DNA of 9,616 bases from Candidatus Helarchaeota ASGARD archaeon Hel_GB_B (GTDB lineage Archaea > Asgardarchaeota > Lokiarchaeia > Helarchaeales > HEL-GB-B). Made by a program: the position numbers and the translations under genes. The notes beneath the pieces are model-generated. The model was not told the DNA's origin and did no database searches. It saw nothing but the letters and a program-made list of their open reading frames with translations. The DNA lies in contig SUPR01000116.1 of the NCBI GenBank assembly GCA_005191425.1, forward strand, positions 1 through 9,616, read 5' to 3'. This document shows, one piece after another, positions 7,856-9,616 of this stretch. Position 1 is the stretch's first letter. Each line of letters starts with the position of its first letter.

Positions 7856-8617
7856 TTAACTATTCAGTACTTTATCAATTTTTTGACTCACTAACTGAGA
7901 ATACATAGAAATTAATCCTATTTGTGATTTTGGTGATGTTATTAACACCAATAATGTTTGAGAATTAATATATGACAATATTACAAGCGCATTATCTGCA
8001 ATAATATGAAGAACTTTGAGATTTCCCCCCGACAATGCTTTGATAGAGTCAGTAGCAATGTCAAAAATATTCATTGCAATCATAGACATCATATTATCAC
8101 CGTATTTATCCGAGATAGCTGACGCTAAGATTGTCCCATCTCTTTTCATAATTGCAGATGCTTCTAATAATTTGTCTAATTTATTGAGACTTCTCAAGAG
8201 TTCTTTTAATTCTTTAGATTTTTCTGAAGATATATCACTAACTTTATGTTCTCTTCTTAATTTTTGTATGACTTTAGTCCTAGATGATGGTATAGGCCGT
8301 GAAACTACTTCTACTTTCTTGGACTCTGAGACTACTGGATTTATACCCTGGTTCACTTCTGTATTTACTGAATTAGAAATAGAATTTACACTCGATTTGT
8401 CTTTAGCTTGAGTTAAAGTTTCATATAAACTAGGAGCTCTAATTTCATTATCTATGGATATATTTCGATTATTTTGTCTCTGCTGGTGTAAATTCGGTGG
8501 ATTATTTGTATCTTCTCTTCTTGAATGTCTAATTGGTCTTAATGGAGCACCACATACTGAACAAAATCTCATATCGTCCTCGCATTGAGTACCGCATTGT
8601 GAACAAATAATTACCAA
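7856..8617 (-). CDS. Zinc-ribbon + disordered linker + Roadblock/LC7 (MglB-like) domain protein
   Basis: TTG start. CSQC...FCSVCGAPL zinc ribbon (aa 5-26); N/S/Q/P-rich linker (aa 27-~132); C-terminal helix-bb-helix-bbb-helix pattern with the SAIMKRDGTILAS motif typical of Roadblock/MglB domains. Confidence 0.88.
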   Translation of the reverse strand: MVIICSQCGTQCEDDMRFCSVCGAPLRPIRHSRREDTNNPPNLHQQRQNNRNISIDNEIRAPSLYETLTQAKDKSSVNSISNSVNTEVNQGINPVVSESKKVEVVSRPIPSSRTKVIQKLRREHKVSDISSEKSKELKELLRSLNKLDKLLEASAIMKRDGTILASAISDKYGDNMMSMIAMNIFDIATDSIKALSGGNLKVLHIIADNALVILSYINSQTLLVLITSPKSQIGLISMYSQLVSQKIDKVLNS

Positions 8618-8701
8618 AATACTGACCCTTTTAATATAGTATTTATTAACTTCTTTTTAATCCATAATTCTCTAATTCAATAAATCGTTATTACTTCTTA
8701 A

Positions 8702-8729
8702 ATTTATTTATAAAATTTTATAAGTAAAT
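8702..8729. promoter_or_regulatory. 28-bp near-perfect palindrome upstream of the Roadblock gene
   Basis: ATTTATTTATAAAA|TTTTATAAGTAAAT: 14-bp arms, no spacer, one mismatched pair (8707/8724); perfect 16-bp core at 8708-8723. Confidence 0.4.
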
Positions 8730-8880
8730 CTATTTCAGTTAAATTTAATTAAGAGGTATTTATAATCTTATATGAAAATTTTTTATCCTTTAATTTATGA
8801 AATGTGGTAAAATCTAATCATAACTATTGATTTGACCATTGATTTTATAATTTACTTTAATCGGTTTTTCTTTAACAATT

Positions 8881-9582
8881 CTATAAATATAATTCAAAAC
8901 AATAAAAATCCTGAAATTGAATTTTATCTATATTGACTAGAAATGAATTGAGATTAAAAAAAGGAATAATTGGGATATTAAATGATTTTAAATCTTCCTT
9001 TAATGATGTTATTAATAAAGGAAATATGTAGATTTTATTTGATAATCCTTTAAAAGGTATAATTTCTTTTTTAATTATTCTCTCGGAAAATATTTTTGTT
9101 CTATGTATTTGGTCTAAAGCTGCTTTTTTCAGTGGAGAAATTTTATTTCGCATCCACCACTTTTTACAATCTATAGACAATAAATAGGGCATTTTGTATG
9201 ATATAATATCAATTTCATATCTTCCTCTCTTACGTTCGGTTTTAAATCTGAAATTTGATTTACACTCAAAATCATTAATTTCTAAAATTTTTCTACACAT
9301 CAATTCAAAGTCCTGCCATTTTAAATATTTGAAAAGATCATCACGTGCCCCCATCTCGTACGCTTTTATTGCCAGTTCAATTTTTGACGGGACATGAATT
9401 TTACCTTGATTATATTTTAGATAACCATCCTTCACAGAATTTTTTAATAAATCTAAAAATCTTTTTTGAGTAATTTTCATTTTCTGGTTAAGTTTAACCC
9501 ATAATGCATTAATTGAAAAAGAATTATTGGAAATTACACACAAATCTAAAATAACATTATAAAAATTACAAATCTCGTCCAT
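8881..9582 (-). CDS. Mrr-like / restriction-endonuclease-fold PD-(D/E)xK nuclease with a possible N-terminal winged-helix region
   Basis: LKWQDFELMCRKILEINDF matches the Mrr_cat-type N-terminal helix (W..FE...L...F). Catalytic motifs YEIDII and IDCKKW form D-x12-D-x-K. The N-terminal ~65 aa has a helix-helix-hairpin pattern. Confidence 0.8.
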   Translation of the reverse strand: MDEICNFYNVILDLCVISNNSFSINALWVKLNQKMKITQKRFLDLLKNSVKDGYLKYNQGKIHVPSKIELAIKAYEMGARDDLFKYLKWQDFELMCRKILEINDFECKSNFRFKTERKRGRYEIDIISYKMPYLLSIDCKKWWMRNKISPLKKAALDQIHRTKIFSERIIKKEIIPFKGLSNKIYIFPLLITSLKEDLKSFNIPIIPFFNLNSFLVNIDKIQFQDFYCFELYL

Positions 9583-9616
9583 TATTTTCTAATTACAAAT
9601 TCATTGTTATTAATTA

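Noticed and set aside
8016-8411. 131-aa plus-strand ORF
   Set aside because: Antisense shadow of the Roadblock gene.
8772-8810. 12-aa plus-strand sORF MKIFYPLIYEMW with GAGGT upstream
   Set aside because: The GAGGT lies about 15 nt from the ATG, and the ORF is too short to support without Ribo-seq or conservation.
8826-8845. Direct repeat ATTGATTT x2 with a 12-bp period
   Set aside because: Only two 8-bp AT-rich copies; not a CRISPR array or iteron set, and compatible with chance.
9194-9397. 67-aa plus-strand ORF
   Set aside because: Antisense shadow of the nuclease gene.

Overview
Very AT-rich window (roughly one quarter G+C by eye) holding eight protein-coding genes and no RNA genes, mobile elements or CRISPR array. 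Left to right: (1) a >=520-aa coiled-coil protein on the minus strand that runs off the left edge and is absent from the ORF track; (2) a divergently transcribed operon of three GT4 (GT-B fold) glycosyltransferases; (3) a convergent membrane protein fusing two helix-hairpin-helix (DUF4332/HHH_5-like) repeats to a Yip1-like multi-pass domain; (4) a DUF362 protein with a C-terminal CxxC...GNC...GCPP Fe-S-type module; (5) a zinc-ribbon / disordered linker / Roadblock-LC7 protein; (6) an Mrr-like PD-(D/E)xK nuclease. The gene content suggests an archaeon, most plausibly Asgard (Loki/Hel-like); this is inference, as no marker gene is present. The most interesting items are the HhH-Yip1 fusion, the Zn-ribbon-Roadblock fusion, the long coiled-coil with an 18-residue repeat, and the DUF362 Fe-S module. 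All family assignments come from motif recognition by eye, not database searches.
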